Source of the DNA: a virus | Lineage: Duplodnaviria > Caudoviricetes | Direction: 5' to 3' (one strand) | IMG/VR virus record: IMGVR_UViG_3300012665_001829 | Span: 1 to 44,356 of that record | DNA length: 44,356 nt | Shown here: piece by piece, positions 8,379 to 19,617 of the stretch | Position numbering within the stretch: the first letter of the stretch is position 1 | Layout: the number at the start of each line of letters is the position of its first letter | Position numbers and translations under genes: made by a program | Notes under the pieces: model-generated | The model's input: only the letters and a program-made list of their open reading frames with translations | The model's database searches: none | Told to the model about the DNA's origin: nothing

Positions 8379-10246
8379 TAGAGGTTTGGTTGGGTAAAAT
8401 ACCCGAGTATTTCAAATACCACATTGAAACAATCGGGTCAATGACTTGCGTTGATTTTTATTTCCTGACAAACGATAAAGATTATGATTTCTCTTATATT
8501 AAACATTCAAATTTTATCTTACATTACATTTCCGAAGATGGGTTTTTAGAAAGATTTAATAACAACTCAAAAGTTAAGGTAGATAAAATATATACCCCAA
8601 AAAAGATTATTGATTTCAAATTGGCATATTTTGATATGTTCCAAGACATTGTTGGTGAATACCCTTATGTTGGAATTTATGATATTGATACAATGTTTGG
8701 AGACATAAACCCGTTTTTACTACAGTATATAAAAGAATATGATTTCATTTCGGTTGGGGATGAAGTTTACCATAATAGATTAAGTGGACCATTGTTGATT
8801 ATGAAGAACACAGAGGAACTTCGTAGTTTGATGAGAACAGACAGATATTATGAAACACTAAAGATGGACGGCATTTATGGGTATGGGGAACAAGAGCTAT
8901 CAACAATTGCGATAAAAAATTATAAGACAAAGATTATTCACTCAATGAATACTGAAGTTGGTAATGGAGGTAAAACAACATACAATGTTTGTTGGAGTGG
9001 CGGTAAATTAAAAGTGAATGATGAGGAAAAAATGATTTATCATTTTTATAGAAAATCGTATACAATTTTTACTAAAGTGGGTAATAAAATTTATGCCAGA
9101 TATAATAAAAAATTCGTTGATGATTTTTATTGGGTTTTTGGATTTACTGAAAACTATTCAGAAACAATTTTTTATTTACTTGATTCATTACAAAATTATT
9201 CAGTAAGAAAATGTATTATTTATACAATAAATTTTGATTATGATTTACCTGAAAAGTTTTTAACTAGTCAACAATTTATAGTCAGAAGAATCGATATAGA
9301 AACGGGAAAAAAAGATTATAGAGGTAGAGATGAAAACATTATAAGTTGTAAACCAAAACTTATGATAGATGTTGTTGACACATATCCCAAAAGTAAATTT
9401 ATTTTTATTGATAGTGATGTTTATTTAACAACCTCTGCAGATGACATATCAAGGTATTTTGATGAACTAGAAAACTACCCACTTATAAATTCTCATATAC
9501 ATGATAAAATTTACTTATGTGGACTTGTGGAAGGTGAAGAACGTACAAGTACTGTCGATGTTTTGGCGAGAAAAGTTGAGGTTGAAATAAAAATCTTCCC
9601 AAGAAGAAAGACCAATGTTATTTTATTTGACAAAAACTCAAAATGGTTTTTTCAAGAACAGATAGAAATGTATGAAAAATATAAAGATACTGAACCTGGA
9701 ATTTTTGCGTTACATGATGAAGATTCTGCTAACGTAATATTATCGAAGTATGATTTTCAAAAGTCTTTACATCTTTGTGATATAGAAGAAACCAATGATA
9801 TTGAAATATCAAAATTTACTGACCTTAATCATCCGTTTCATATTACAGGACTTTCGCCATATCTTAAGTTACCTAATAATCAAAATGATATTGTTATTTT
9901 TCATGGTTTAAAGGAACCAAAAAGATATCAAGATATTCAAAAAGTATACGGGAATAAAGTTTTAGACTGCGAAGAAATTTTGGTATATTATAATAACAAT
10001 ACAATATATTTTGAAAAAAATTCTTTCTTAAATACAAAAAATATTGATGAACCTGTAGATTTTATAATAAAAAATAAATCAGGAGATATAATAGAAAAAT
10101 TACCAAATCAACCTTTACACGGATACTGGTTATTTTACATTTCAAATGTGAATCTGACGGACAATTATTACCATATCGAAATAATAAAAACTAATTCTAA
10201 ACAAAAAATTTATAACAACATTTTATGCACTACTCAGCTTATGTAA
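8357..10246 (+). CDS. Two-domain putative glycosyltransferase (DUF6625-like + GT-A/DxD domain)
   Basis: WLGKIPEYF, DFKLAY, YDIDTMFGDI (DUF6625-like); second domain KPKL...FIFIDSD...DE. TTG start uncertain. Confidence 0.6.
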   Translation: MEKQIALVEVWLGKIPEYFKYHIETIGSMTCVDFYFLTNDKDYDFSYIKHSNFILHYISEDGFLERFNNNSKVKVDKIYTPKKIIDFKLAYFDMFQDIVGEYPYVGIYDIDTMFGDINPFLLQYIKEYDFISVGDEVYHNRLSGPLLIMKNTEELRSLMRTDRYYETLKMDGIYGYGEQELSTIAIKNYKTKIIHSMNTEVGNGGKTTYNVCWSGGKLKVNDEEKMIYHFYRKSYTIFTKVGNKIYARYNKKFVDDFYWVFGFTENYSETIFYLLDSLQNYSVRKCIIYTINFDYDLPEKFLTSQQFIVRRIDIETGKKDYRGRDENIISCKPKLMIDVVDTYPKSKFIFIDSDVYLTTSADDISRYFDELENYPLINSHIHDKIYLCGLVEGEERTSTVDVLARKVEVEIKIFPRRKTNVILFDKNSKWFFQEQIEMYEKYKDTEPGIFALHDEDSANVILSKYDFQKSLHLCDIEETNDIEISKFTDLNHPFHITGLSPYLKLPNNQNDIVIFHGLKEPKRYQDIQKVYGNKVLDCEEILVYYNNNTIYFEKNSFLNTKNIDEPVDFIIKNKSGDIIEKLPNQPLHGYWLFYISNVNLTDNYYHIEIIKTNSKQKIYNNILCTTQLM

Positions 10247-11373
10247 ACGCTCAAAAATTTTATGAAAAATATTGTCATGAAAACATCAAAAATAAAAAAA
10301 TTTTGGATGTTGGTTCATACGACGTGAACGGAACTATGAAACCCATTTTTGAACAGGGTCAATATATCGGGTTAGATATGGAAGAAGGTCCTAATGTGGA
10401 TGTTGTAGGAAGGGCACAGGAAATACCATTCATTGATGGTTTTTTTGATATTGTAATTTCATCTTCGTGTTTTGAACATGACGACATGTTTTGGGTTTCA
10501 TTCAAAGAAATGTGTAGAGTACTCAAACCAGATGGGTATATGTATATACAAGCACCTCAGAATGGACCATATCATGGATGGCCAGGTGACAATTGGAGAT
10601 TTTATGCCGATAGTTGGAGAGCTTTGGAAAAATGGGGTAAGTCACTCGGATATGAAGTAGAACTAATTGAAAGTTATATTGATGAAAAAACGCCATCACC
10701 AGAATATGAAGGAGATAGAATTTGGAATGATTCAATAGGAATTTACAGAAAAAAATCATCAAAAGAAACTAACTTTAATCTGAAAACAATAGAGATTGGG
10801 CATCATAGTTTTGAATACAATGGGTTAAAGTCATTAAAATGTCCTTTTGATTATTTGAATTACCAAATGATAATTGATGAGGTTAAACCTGATTTGATTA
10901 TTGAAATCGGTACTCATTTTGGTGGTAACTCTTTATATTTAGCCGATTTACTACAATTAAGGAATAGAGGTGTTTTACACACAATAGATGTAAATGAATA
11001 CGGAGACCTAAGTAAGTTGGATGCTCACCCAAGAATAAAAAGATTTTTAGGTGGATATGAAAATTATGATTTAAGTCAAATTTCAGAATTTGAAAATGTT
11101 TTAATAATAGACGACGGCTCACATCAATACAGTGATGTACTTAATTCACTAAGAAAGTTTAACGAATTTGTCACCATGAATTCTTATTTTATAGTAGAGG
11201 ATGGGGTGTTATCCGAATTGGGTTATGAAAAAAATTATGATGGAGGCCCATTAAAAGCGATAGAAGAGTTTTTGGATGAAAACAAAAATTTTGTGATTGA
11301 AGAAAAGTGGATTAACTTTTTTGGTAAAAATGCAACTTTTAACCCCAAAGGGTACTTGAAAAAAATTAGATAA
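10225..11373 (+). CDS. Fusion: class I SAM methyltransferase + CmcI-like (rhamnosyl O-methyltransferase/cephalosporin hydroxylase) domain
   Basis: ILDVGSYDVNG, FEHD, RVLKPDG; then KCPFD..YQ.II..KPDLIIEIGT..GG, IIDDGSH, VEDG, NPKGYLK. Confidence 0.85.
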   Translation: MHYSAYVNAQKFYEKYCHENIKNKKILDVGSYDVNGTMKPIFEQGQYIGLDMEEGPNVDVVGRAQEIPFIDGFFDIVISSSCFEHDDMFWVSFKEMCRVLKPDGYMYIQAPQNGPYHGWPGDNWRFYADSWRALEKWGKSLGYEVELIESYIDEKTPSPEYEGDRIWNDSIGIYRKKSSKETNFNLKTIEIGHHSFEYNGLKSLKCPFDYLNYQMIIDEVKPDLIIEIGTHFGGNSLYLADLLQLRNRGVLHTIDVNEYGDLSKLDAHPRIKRFLGGYENYDLSQISEFENVLIIDDGSHQYSDVLNSLRKFNEFVTMNSYFIVEDGVLSELGYEKNYDGGPLKAIEEFLDENKNFVIEEKWINFFGKNATFNPKGYLKKIR

Positions 11374-12296
11374 TGAAAAAAATTGCTCTTATAAGTTCAT
11401 TTTGTAATGATGAAAATAAAATAAATGTTCTCATATCAAACATTAAAAAATTGAAAGAAATGAACTTTGATATTTTGGTTATATCACCAATTCATTTAGA
11501 TGCTGAAGTTATAAAATATTGCGACTATTATTTTTTCACAAAAGACAATCCAGTTTATAATTGGCCTTTGAGAGGTTGGAATTTTTGGAGAACATTTTAT
11601 TTAGATGAAAAACATGTAAAAATTTCAAAAACAGTTTCAGACTATGGATGGGCGTCACTAAATCAAATTAAACAATTGAATGCTGTTGCGTTAAATTTAG
11701 ATTACGATTATTACTATCATCTGATTTATGATTTGAAAATAGACGAAGACATTATAAAATATTTTTTAGAAACCAGCGATAGATTAGTTTTTCCGTCTAA
11801 GAGAGGAGAGACTATTTGGAAAGTAGGATTACATCTTATGATTTTTAATAAAGAGTATTTGAAAATCTTTAATAACCATATTAGAGAAGAGAGTTACAAT
11901 TCGATAGAAGAGATTGAAAGTGTTTTTGATTGGTTGTATAAGATTGTAAATATAATACCACTTAAAGTGGCGGAAAGTGCGGTTGAGGATGAAATTTATT
12001 TATATGAAAACGAAGATATTTTTAACTACTCCACGGAGAATAGATTCAAATTTTTTATTGACAAAAATGACAAAACTTTGGAGACCATCAAAATATTATT
12101 TTATGATGTTAGGGAGGAGTTGAAATTATTATTACCGCAAAATAATAGGATAGAATTTATTAATCGAGACTGTATAATTGAATTAGGATTTAATAAACTA
12201 GACATGAAACAAGTTTTTATACAAGTGGAAGACAAAATTACTGATATAACTGAACTTATACTTGAGGTTAAACACAATACATTAGAATTTTTATGA
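11373..12296 (+). CDS. Hypothetical protein of the glycan operon
   Basis: 307-aa ORF, translationally coupled on both sides; N-terminal half is loosely GT-A-like. Confidence 0.65.
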   Translation: MKKIALISSFCNDENKINVLISNIKKLKEMNFDILVISPIHLDAEVIKYCDYYFFTKDNPVYNWPLRGWNFWRTFYLDEKHVKISKTVSDYGWASLNQIKQLNAVALNLDYDYYYHLIYDLKIDEDIIKYFLETSDRLVFPSKRGETIWKVGLHLMIFNKEYLKIFNNHIREESYNSIEEIESVFDWLYKIVNIIPLKVAESAVEDEIYLYENEDIFNYSTENRFKFFIDKNDKTLETIKILFYDVREELKLLLPQNNRIEFINRDCIIELGFNKLDMKQVFIQVEDKITDITELILEVKHNTLEFL

Positions 12297-12838
12297 CAGA
12301 AAATTTACATCTTTGGCATTCAGATAGAGGAACTTATTTTGACAGAAATGTAAATATTATAAGTTGGAGTGATGTTTTTCACATCTATCTCGGAAAATAC
12401 AATTCAATAGGTAGAGATTGTAATTTTTTCTTACATGCAAACCATAGACCTGATTGGATTACAACAACTTCACAACTTTGGGGTCCAGTTACTCCTGAGA
12501 TTGCTGACATGCACATGAATATGGGACACCCATCTTGTAAGGGTCATATTGTCGTTGAAAACGATGTTTGGATTGGGGCTAAATCAACTATCATGTCAGG
12601 GGTTAAAATACATAACGGAAGTATTGTTGGAGCTAACTCAACCGTAACAAAAGATGTCCCGCCGTATTCAATCGTTGTAGGTAACCCCGCCAGAGTAGTT
12701 AAATACAGATTTAATGAACGTCAAGTAGAATCATTACTCAAGATTCAATGGTGGAATTGGACAGAAGATAGAATAAAATCAGAGGCCATGGTAATGTGGT
12801 CAGATAAAATAGATGAATTTATTGATAAGCATTTATGA
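12293..12838 (+). CDS. CatB/Vat-related hexapeptide O-acetyltransferase
   Basis: GKYNSIG, NDVWIG, VTKDVPPYSIVVGNPARVVKYRF, WWNW. Confidence 0.88.
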   Translation: MTENLHLWHSDRGTYFDRNVNIISWSDVFHIYLGKYNSIGRDCNFFLHANHRPDWITTTSQLWGPVTPEIADMHMNMGHPSCKGHIVVENDVWIGAKSTIMSGVKIHNGSIVGANSTVTKDVPPYSIVVGNPARVVKYRFNERQVESLLKIQWWNWTEDRIKSEAMVMWSDKIDEFIDKHL

Positions 12839-13692
12839 TTAATATAGATTATAGTAACGGACAGATAAAAATAACAACTGAAAATTTGAGTCAACTATTC
12901 AAAGAGGATGAATTACCTCTAAAGTTTGAAATAAAAAAAACAATCTCGAAAGAAGTCTCTTGGGTAACACATCTTAGTAATCACATGTGGGCGGTATATC
13001 CAGAAAACGAAATAAATGACGTAGTTGTTTATGATGCTAAAAATAATTTTATAACACAATATTATTGGGACGTTATTAAACACGGTAGTATTTTTTATAA
13101 ATCGTTGTGGTTATATTGTAAGAATTTAATTAATGAAGGTAAAAGACCTAAGGGTTTGGTTATTGGAACTCATGATGGTGAATTTGGTGAATGGGTTCCA
13201 CTTGTAAGAAATTTCATGTCTGATATGGTTCTTGTTGAAGGTAGCAAAAATCAATATGATAAATTAGTACAGAATTTTAGAGACAGACAGGGGTTGAAAT
13301 TTATATTTGACATTGTGACTCCTGACGGAAATGACGTGGAATTCTTTGAAGGTGGTAAGGGTTATACAAATAGTGTTGTGGAAAGAGTTATTAGGAGTTG
13401 GGAAACAGAAGAAATAAATTCAACCAAAAGAAAATCGATATCTTTTAATTCAATTATAGAAGATAATTTTATTGTATTTGGTGAAAAATTAGATTGGATT
13501 CATTTGGATGTCGAAGGATTAGATGTAAAGTTACTAAATTCGTTGAAAGAAGAATACATACCCAATTTTATAATTTTTGAAGATTATAATTTAACAGATG
13601 ATGATAGAGTTTTAATTCAAATTTGGATAGAAAAAAATAACTTTAAAAAACATTCTGAAAATGGTATTTGTATGTTGAGCAAAATTTTTTAA
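12835..13692 (+). CDS. FkbM-like methyltransferase with N-terminal accessory domain
   Basis: GLVIGTHDG, VLVEG, LDWIHLDVEGLD, IIFE. Confidence 0.7.
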   Translation: MINIDYSNGQIKITTENLSQLFKEDELPLKFEIKKTISKEVSWVTHLSNHMWAVYPENEINDVVVYDAKNNFITQYYWDVIKHGSIFYKSLWLYCKNLINEGKRPKGLVIGTHDGEFGEWVPLVRNFMSDMVLVEGSKNQYDKLVQNFRDRQGLKFIFDIVTPDGNDVEFFEGGKGYTNSVVERVIRSWETEEINSTKRKSISFNSIIEDNFIVFGEKLDWIHLDVEGLDVKLLNSLKEEYIPNFIIFEDYNLTDDDRVLIQIWIEKNNFKKHSENGICMLSKIF

Positions 13693-13719
13693 TTCAAAAC
13701 TAATTTACTCTTTAATTAG

Positions 13720-13727
13720 TATTTATA
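13720..13727 (+). promoter_or_regulatory. Putative late-promoter motif TATTTAT
   Basis: The same motif lies shortly upstream of starts at 15790, 21124, 30872/30918, 32624 and 43386. Confidence 0.5.
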
Positions 13728-13731
13728 TGGT

Positions 13732-13908
13732 ATGAAACTCCTTAAGACAATTAAGAATATAATTCAGGAGTCTGAAGAACAATATAGTAGGGCTTGTGAG
13801 TTAGGTTTACCAATCGAAGAGTTGGATAAATTAGAAAAGCATTATATTGATTCTTTGAAATTATTAAAACTATATAAAAAAGAAGAGATAAAAAAACTTA
13901 AGAAATAA
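13732..13908 (+). CDS. Small hypothetical protein (58 aa, not in the ORF track)
   Basis: MKLLKTIKNIIQESEEQYSRACELGLPIEELDKLEKHYIDSLKLLKLYKKEEIKKLKK*; TAATG overlap with the next gene. Confidence 0.75.
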   Translation: MKLLKTIKNIIQESEEQYSRACELGLPIEELDKLEKHYIDSLKLLKLYKKEEIKKLKK

Positions 13909-15692
13909 TGCCAATCACAAATCCTGTACATTACAATAGTGGTACAACATTAAATAATTCCATCAGACGTAATCAAATGTCTTTTGGTGTTAATAATGTT
14001 AATTATGGACCAACCATACAAACCAAATGGTATGCAAATACACCAATAATAGGATTTGTAATTGTTTCAGATAGTTATTCACAAGGAATTACAAATCAAG
14101 AAAATGCTTATCCTATATTTTGGGGACAGCCCTCAACTGTTTTTTCAGGACTAACTAGTCTCATAAACGGGTTACCTGATAGGTATCAGCAGACATCATT
14201 TACTAATATTGAAAGTGCTATTACTTGGCTAGACGGAGAAGGGATTTATGGTATTCAAAATAGAACTTATGAGAATATTGCAACTAGTGGATTAACTCTA
14301 TTATATGATGCGGGCGCCACTTTATCATACCCTACTGTTAATGAAACAATATACAATTTAGGGTCTTCAAATGTTAACGGAACCTTACAAAACACACCGT
14401 CATTTAATAATTTGAATGGAGGGTATCTAACTTTTAGTGCATCTAATTCAGAGTATATTACTTTCAATGATTTAGGTACACTATCTAATTTTACTGTTGG
14501 ATGTTGGTTTAGACTAAACCAATCAATAAGTGCAACAACTTTTCCATCTTTAGTTACAAATACATATGCTGGTGGAAACAATATAAACTATAATCTAGGG
14601 CCTATTAATTCGTCTGATAAAATTACTGGTGGGTTTTTTAATTCTGGATGGATTTCACCTGAAGGATTTACACCTACTGTTGGAGAGTGGTATTATGTTG
14701 TTGTTACTTATGATGGTAACACTGTAAAATTATATAAAAATGGGATATTATTTTCCGATGTTGATAGCAGCGCTAGTGCGGTCTCAACAGGACTCGGAGG
14801 TAGAATTGCTCGCGGATGGAATAATACTAATTACCTTAATGCTGATATTGGAGTAGTTCAGATATATAACAGGGCGTTATCATATTTGGAGGTATATGAA
14901 AACATGTCAGCTCAAGCCGGAAGGTATTCGGTGCCTATACCACCAATACCATATTTAGCGGCATCCGATGTTTTATTAATGAATTCAACCAATAAGAATG
15001 TATATAAATACGATTTTGGAACAAACACAATCACAACTTTATTCACAGCAACAACTGCAAACCAAGTATCTCAAATTGCCGCAACTCAAAATAAAATATT
15101 TATATCAGATATTACCGGTGTAATATATCAATATTCATATAATCCAATACCTTTTGAAGTTAATTATGAAACATCTTATAACTTCACGTCTGGGTCTACT
15201 AGTGGTATGACGGCGGTAAATAATAATACATTATTGATTGGAAATAATAGTATTTACAGATTTAATTTATCCGCTAACACAATAGAATTGTTATTTAATT
15301 ATACTGGAGGAAGTTGTCCATCTTGTGGAACATATGCCGGAATGGCGTATAATCCAACTACTAATCAGATTGCAACAAACTATTTGAATAATGGTAATGA
15401 AAATATTTCCATATATGAAATATCAGGAACTCCTGTATCTTCTATATCATATTTACCTTATTCTGGGGTTACTTACCCTGAGTTACAAACACAGGCTTCA
15501 GGAGTATTCGTTTACCAAAATAATTTATACATTATTACTAGTGGTATGCATATTTATCAAGCAGATTTCAATGGGGTAATAATATATCCACCAACACAAC
15601 CATCTAATTTGACAACAGAAATTGCAAATTCGGCCTCATCAATATCGCTTTATAATATTTGGCAAAATCCGGCACCATACTTCTACTATTAA
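13908..15692 (+). CDS. LamG/concanavalin-A-like lectin domain virion protein with C-terminal beta-rich (propeller-like) domain
   Basis: GLTLLYDAG...SYP, FTVGCWF, WYYVVVTYDG..VKLYKNG, VQIYNRALS. Confidence 0.8.
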   Translation: MPITNPVHYNSGTTLNNSIRRNQMSFGVNNVNYGPTIQTKWYANTPIIGFVIVSDSYSQGITNQENAYPIFWGQPSTVFSGLTSLINGLPDRYQQTSFTNIESAITWLDGEGIYGIQNRTYENIATSGLTLLYDAGATLSYPTVNETIYNLGSSNVNGTLQNTPSFNNLNGGYLTFSASNSEYITFNDLGTLSNFTVGCWFRLNQSISATTFPSLVTNTYAGGNNINYNLGPINSSDKITGGFFNSGWISPEGFTPTVGEWYYVVVTYDGNTVKLYKNGILFSDVDSSASAVSTGLGGRIARGWNNTNYLNADIGVVQIYNRALSYLEVYENMSAQAGRYSVPIPPIPYLAASDVLLMNSTNKNVYKYDFGTNTITTLFTATTANQVSQIAATQNKIFISDITGVIYQYSYNPIPFEVNYETSYNFTSGSTSGMTAVNNNTLLIGNNSIYRFNLSANTIELLFNYTGGSCPSCGTYAGMAYNPTTNQIATNYLNNGNENISIYEISGTPVSSISYLPYSGVTYPELQTQASGVFVYQNNLYIITSGMHIYQADFNGVIIYPPTQPSNLTTEIANSASSISLYNIWQNPAPYFYY

Positions 15693-15814
15693 TTTACTAA
15701 AACAACACTTTAAATTATATATTAACATTACTAATGGTGTTAGTTTATAATTTTTAAAAGTTTTTTATAATTAAAATACCTAAACGAGTTATTTATATTA
15801 TATCATAGACATTA

Positions 15815-18800
15815 ATGGCGGGAACTTATTATAATTTTAGTGGGACAAGTTGTAGTACATCTATTTTAACACAACTTACAACAGATGCAACAAATTCTAC
15901 ACCTGTTTTAGGTGAGGTTTATAGTGGATATACGTCAGGAGATTTTTATACAGTAACAAATAGTGGAACAACAAGTGCAACTCCTATAGGAATTGATGTT
16001 GATACCAATAATAATTTTGTTACTTGTCCCGGACAATGTTATGAAATATCTAACGGAGATTTATCATTCGCATATGACGTTAGTTACATTGATAATTTAG
16101 GTGCTAGTGTTTGTACGACCTTGGCTCAAGGTAGCTCACCAGGAGACACTCAAATAATATGTATATCCGCGGGAACCTCAACGAGTATTGTCGGGCATTC
16201 AACAAGTGATGGTTCTTGTGGTGGTTTTGCTGTTGTTATATCGATAGTTGATTTGAGTACATTTTGTCAAAATCCTGGAGATTGTGTTGCGGTTTCTCCA
16301 ACCCCAACCCCAACTAATACTGAAACACCAACCGAGACACCAACACAAACACCAACTAATACCGAAACACCAACACAAACACCAACTAATACTGAAACAC
16401 CAACCGAGACACCAACACAAACACCAACTAATACATTAACTCCAACGAATACACCAACTAATACTGAAACACCAACACAAACCCCTACCCTTACACCTAC
16501 TACAACAGAAGTTTGTGATGAAACTTATTGTTTAAGTAATTGTTGTACTTTTACATTATTTAATGAGAGTGGAAGTATAAAAAATTATAGTTATTATGAT
16601 TGTAACGGTGTTTTACAATCTGGAACTTTTGCGGGAGGTACAAATTTTCAATTTTGTTCTAATCAATTATATGGTGCAATATTTGTAGATACTATATGTA
16701 CTTTAGTTTTAAATGGATGTTGTACAGGTCCTGCGCCAACTCTAACACAAACTCCAACTGAAACACCTACTAACACTCCAACTGAAACACCTACTAACAC
16801 TCCAACTGAAACACCTACTAATACTCCAACTAATACTCCAACTAATACACCAACAAACACATTAACTCCAACTGAAACACCTACCAATACTCCAACCAAT
16901 ACACCAACAGAAACACCTACAAATACTCCAACCAATACACCAACAGAAACACCTACAAATACTCCTAGTGTAACCCCAACATTAACACCAACCAATACAC
17001 CAACAGAAACACCTACAAATACTCCTAGTGTAACCCCAACATTAACACCAACCAATACACCAACAGAAACACCTACAAATACTCCTAGTGTAACCCCAAC
17101 ATTAACACCAACCAATACACCAACAGAAACACCTACAAATACTCCTAGTGTAACCCCAACATTAACACCGACTAATACTCAAACACCAACAAATACTCAA
17201 ACACCAACATCAACTATGATTCCTGGTGTTGTTGTTCAATTTCAAGATTGTGAAAATGGTTCTAATATTTTTAGGTTTGGTGGTAGTCTTGGTTCACTGA
17301 CCGTTGGTAATGTTTATTATATTACAGGTAGTGGTGATTTTATGGGGTGTGGTACTGTTGTTACAGGAACAGGAGCAGGTCCATTGTATAATGCTAATGG
17401 AGTGACATTCACTAATACATTAGGATGTGCTGACCCTGTTTGTCCAAGAACACCAAAAGTTGCTGCGGTTTTATCAAAATGTTCTAATGGTTCTTTATTT
17501 TACGCTACTGTAGATGAAGATGTTGCATTTCCTGGCGCGACTTACATATATAATGGAGAATGTTATAGTTTTATAGAATTTTCAGGTCCTGGTGGTCCTG
17601 ATTTCGGGGCTCCTCTATTTAATAATTGTATTAATTGCGTACTAACACCAACACCAACAACAACACCTGTTACACCAACCCCAACCCCAACAATAACTTC
17701 AACACCATTAAATTGTTATTGCCCTGACACGGTATTTTGTTTAGATACAACTTGGTTTGTATTAACAGGATATAGTGGAAATTATTTTCAAAATAATGGA
17801 TATTATAACTGTTGTCATTTTTATGAAGGTGGAGAATTTAACTATGGTGTTATTTATAATACAGGACAATATTGGTGTTTAAGTAATACTTTAGGAGGAC
17901 CATGTTTACTTACAGGTTCACAAACTTGTTTTTCAAATTGTCCTGATTTAGATGCAAATATTTTTAGTGTCGGAGCCTGTCCGGCTCCACCAACACCAGC
18001 TGTGGATTGCAGTGTGTTAGATTTTTATGCGTACTTTAATTGTGATTATGAGCCACAACCAACACCTGTATCTTGTAATGTTGTTGATTTTGTTTTATCT
18101 GCAATTACTACTACACCAACACCAACTCCAAGTGGACAATATTGTAATAATATTGGAATCGATTTTAGTATGAGTTCCTATACACCATCAACAAATGTAA
18201 CACCAACACCCACCCCAACGATTACTCCGACAAATCCTCTTAGTATTTCAGGTAGTGCGACATTCGAAGTATTCCAAGAACAATTTGTATGTGCTTCAGT
18301 TAAAGTTCTTATTGATTGTAATAGCTCAACCGAATACTATGTTTCTGATTCGTTGTCTTATAATGGAACACCAATTACAACAGGAATGACAATATTCGCA
18401 AGTGTTAATGGAGACCAGGTATGTGTAACATACGACAGAGACGACAGTAATATAAGTTCTAATTCAAGTGTAGACCAAATTTATAATATATCAGGTGGAG
18501 GATGTGTTGGATGTCAAATGACACCTAGTCCGACACCAACATTAACAAATACACCAACTACTACGATTACTCCAACAAATACGAGTACACCAACAAAAAC
18601 ACCAACAAACACACCAACACCAACAATAACATCTACAACAGGATTTATTCCATCACCATCACCAACAAATACACCTACACAAACTAATACACCAAGTAAT
18701 ACACCGACAATGACAGTAACACCAACTAATACTAGTACTCCAACACCATCACCGGTATATGTTTATGTATACCAAAGTTGTTCTCCACAACAATTAATTC

Positions 18801-19396
18801 CATTTTTGGAAAATCAAATTATACAAACACTTAAATTAAGTGGGGTTAATGAAATAGGAACAACATTTAAAGATTCGTCAAATAATTGCTGGAGATATGT
18901 AGGACAATACCCTAGTAATTACATACCACCAATTAATGTGGTTTCAACTACCTACCAAGGTAATTACTTTACTACGATTGGAGAAACTTTATACGAAAAC
19001 TGCGACTCTTGTGTTAACGGAAGTACTCCAACAGGAGAGTTTGTATCTGTTTATAACCAAGGTCTTATTTCAGGATTACCTGACGGATGTGGTGAGTATA
19101 ATGCGTCAAAAACATTTTTGAATGTTCAAATAGTTGATTCATCAGGACAACCTGTTATTTCTGTCACAGATACTACTGTGGTAATTGAATTGTCATATTC
19201 AGATTGTTTAAGTAGTAGTGCCCCAACTGAAACATATGATGTTATAATACCGACAGGAGCATCAAGTAAGATATTTGAATTTATGAGTGTGGACTACCAA
19301 CCATGTCCATATGATGATTTATGTTCTCCTGTTTATAGAGGATATAACGGAATCTCTCAAATATTTCCATCAACAATAACACAATATACACCATAA
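15815..19396 (+). CDS. Cys-rich modular protein with mucin-like Thr/Pro tracts (putative virion fibre)
   Basis: 1193 aa; [10 protein letters not shown] tracts alternate with Cys-rich modules; no signal peptide evident. Confidence 0.8.
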   Translation: MAGTYYNFSGTSCSTSILTQLTTDATNSTPVLGEVYSGYTSGDFYTVTNSGTTSATPIGIDVDTNNNFVTCPGQCYEISNGDLSFAYDVSYIDNLGASVCTTLAQGSSPGDTQIICISAGTSTSIVGHSTSDGSCGGFAVVISIVDLSTFCQNPGDCVAVSPTPTPTNTETPTETPTQTPTNTETPTQTPTNTETPTETPTQTPTNTLTPTNTPTNTETPTQTPTLTPTTTEVCDETYCLSNCCTFTLFNESGSIKNYSYYDCNGVLQSGTFAGGTNFQFCSNQLYGAIFVDTICTLVLNGCCTGPAPTLTQTPTETPTNTPTETPTNTPTETPTNTPTNTPTNTPTNTLTPTETPTNTPTNTPTETPTNTPTNTPTETPTNTPSVTPTLTPTNTPTETPTNTPSVTPTLTPTNTPTETPTNTPSVTPTLTPTNTPTETPTNTPSVTPTLTPTNTQTPTNTQTPTSTMIPGVVVQFQDCENGSNIFRFGGSLGSLTVGNVYYITGSGDFMGCGTVVTGTGAGPLYNANGVTFTNTLGCADPVCPRTPKVAAVLSKCSNGSLFYATVDEDVAFPGATYIYNGECYSFIEFSGPGGPDFGAPLFNNCINCVLTPTPTTTPVTPTPTPTITSTPLNCYCPDTVFCLDTTWFVLTGYSGNYFQNNGYYNCCHFYEGGEFNYGVIYNTGQYWCLSNTLGGPCLLTGSQTCFSNCPDLDANIFSVGACPAPPTPAVDCSVLDFYAYFNCDYEPQPTPVSCNVVDFVLSAITTTPTPTPSGQYCNNIGIDFSMSSYTPSTNVTPTPTPTITPTNPLSISGSATFEVFQEQFVCASVKVLIDCNSSTEYYVSDSLSYNGTPITTGMTIFASVNGDQVCVTYDRDDSNISSNSSVDQIYNISGGGCVGCQMTPSPTPTLTNTPTTTITPTNTSTPTKTPTNTPTPTITSTTGFIPSPSPTNTPTQTNTPSNTPTMTVTPTNTSTPTPSPVYVYVYQSCSPQQLIPFLENQIIQTLKLSGVNEIGTTFKDSSNNCWRYVGQYPSNYIPPINVVSTTYQGNYFTTIGETLYENCDSCVNGSTPTGEFVSVYNQGLISGLPDGCGEYNASKTFLNVQIVDSSGQPVISVTDTTVVIELSYSDCLSSSAPTETYDVIIPTGASSKIFEFMSVDYQPCPYDDLCSPVYRGYNGISQIFPSTITQYTP
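16928..17169 (+). repeat. Perfect 60-bp tandem repeat, ~4 copies (20-aa unit [20 protein letters not shown])
   Basis: The 60-nt blocks starting 16981, 17041 and 17101 are identical. Confidence 0.95.
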
Positions 19397-19617
19397 TGGC
19401 AATTAAAGTTACCATATCGAATATAACAGGAGCAACTCCTTACGATATCTATATCTGTCAACCAGATGGAACATCTTGTTTTTATATTGATACAATAGGA
19501 AATGTTGAATTACCTTATGAGTTTGATATACCAACGCCATATAACACAGGTACCTCGTACATGTTAAAGGCTATTGATAATAATAATTGTATAATAACAG
19601 GAACTACAACAGTATAA
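19396..19617 (+). CDS. Small Cys-containing beta-domain protein
   Basis: 73 aa; TAATG-coupled on both sides; resembles the N-terminus of the next protein. Confidence 0.8.
   Translation: MAIKVTISNITGATPYDIYICQPDGTSCFYIDTIGNVELPYEFDIPTPYNTGTSYMLKAIDNNNCIITGTTTV

Noticed and set aside
10760-11373. Cephalosporin biosynthesis (cmcI)
   Set aside because: Family name only; members include sugar O-methyltransferases, and no beta-lactam genes are present.
12293-12838. Antibiotic resistance gene (catB/vat)
   Set aside because: Same fold, but the glycan-operon context favours a sugar O-acetyltransferase.
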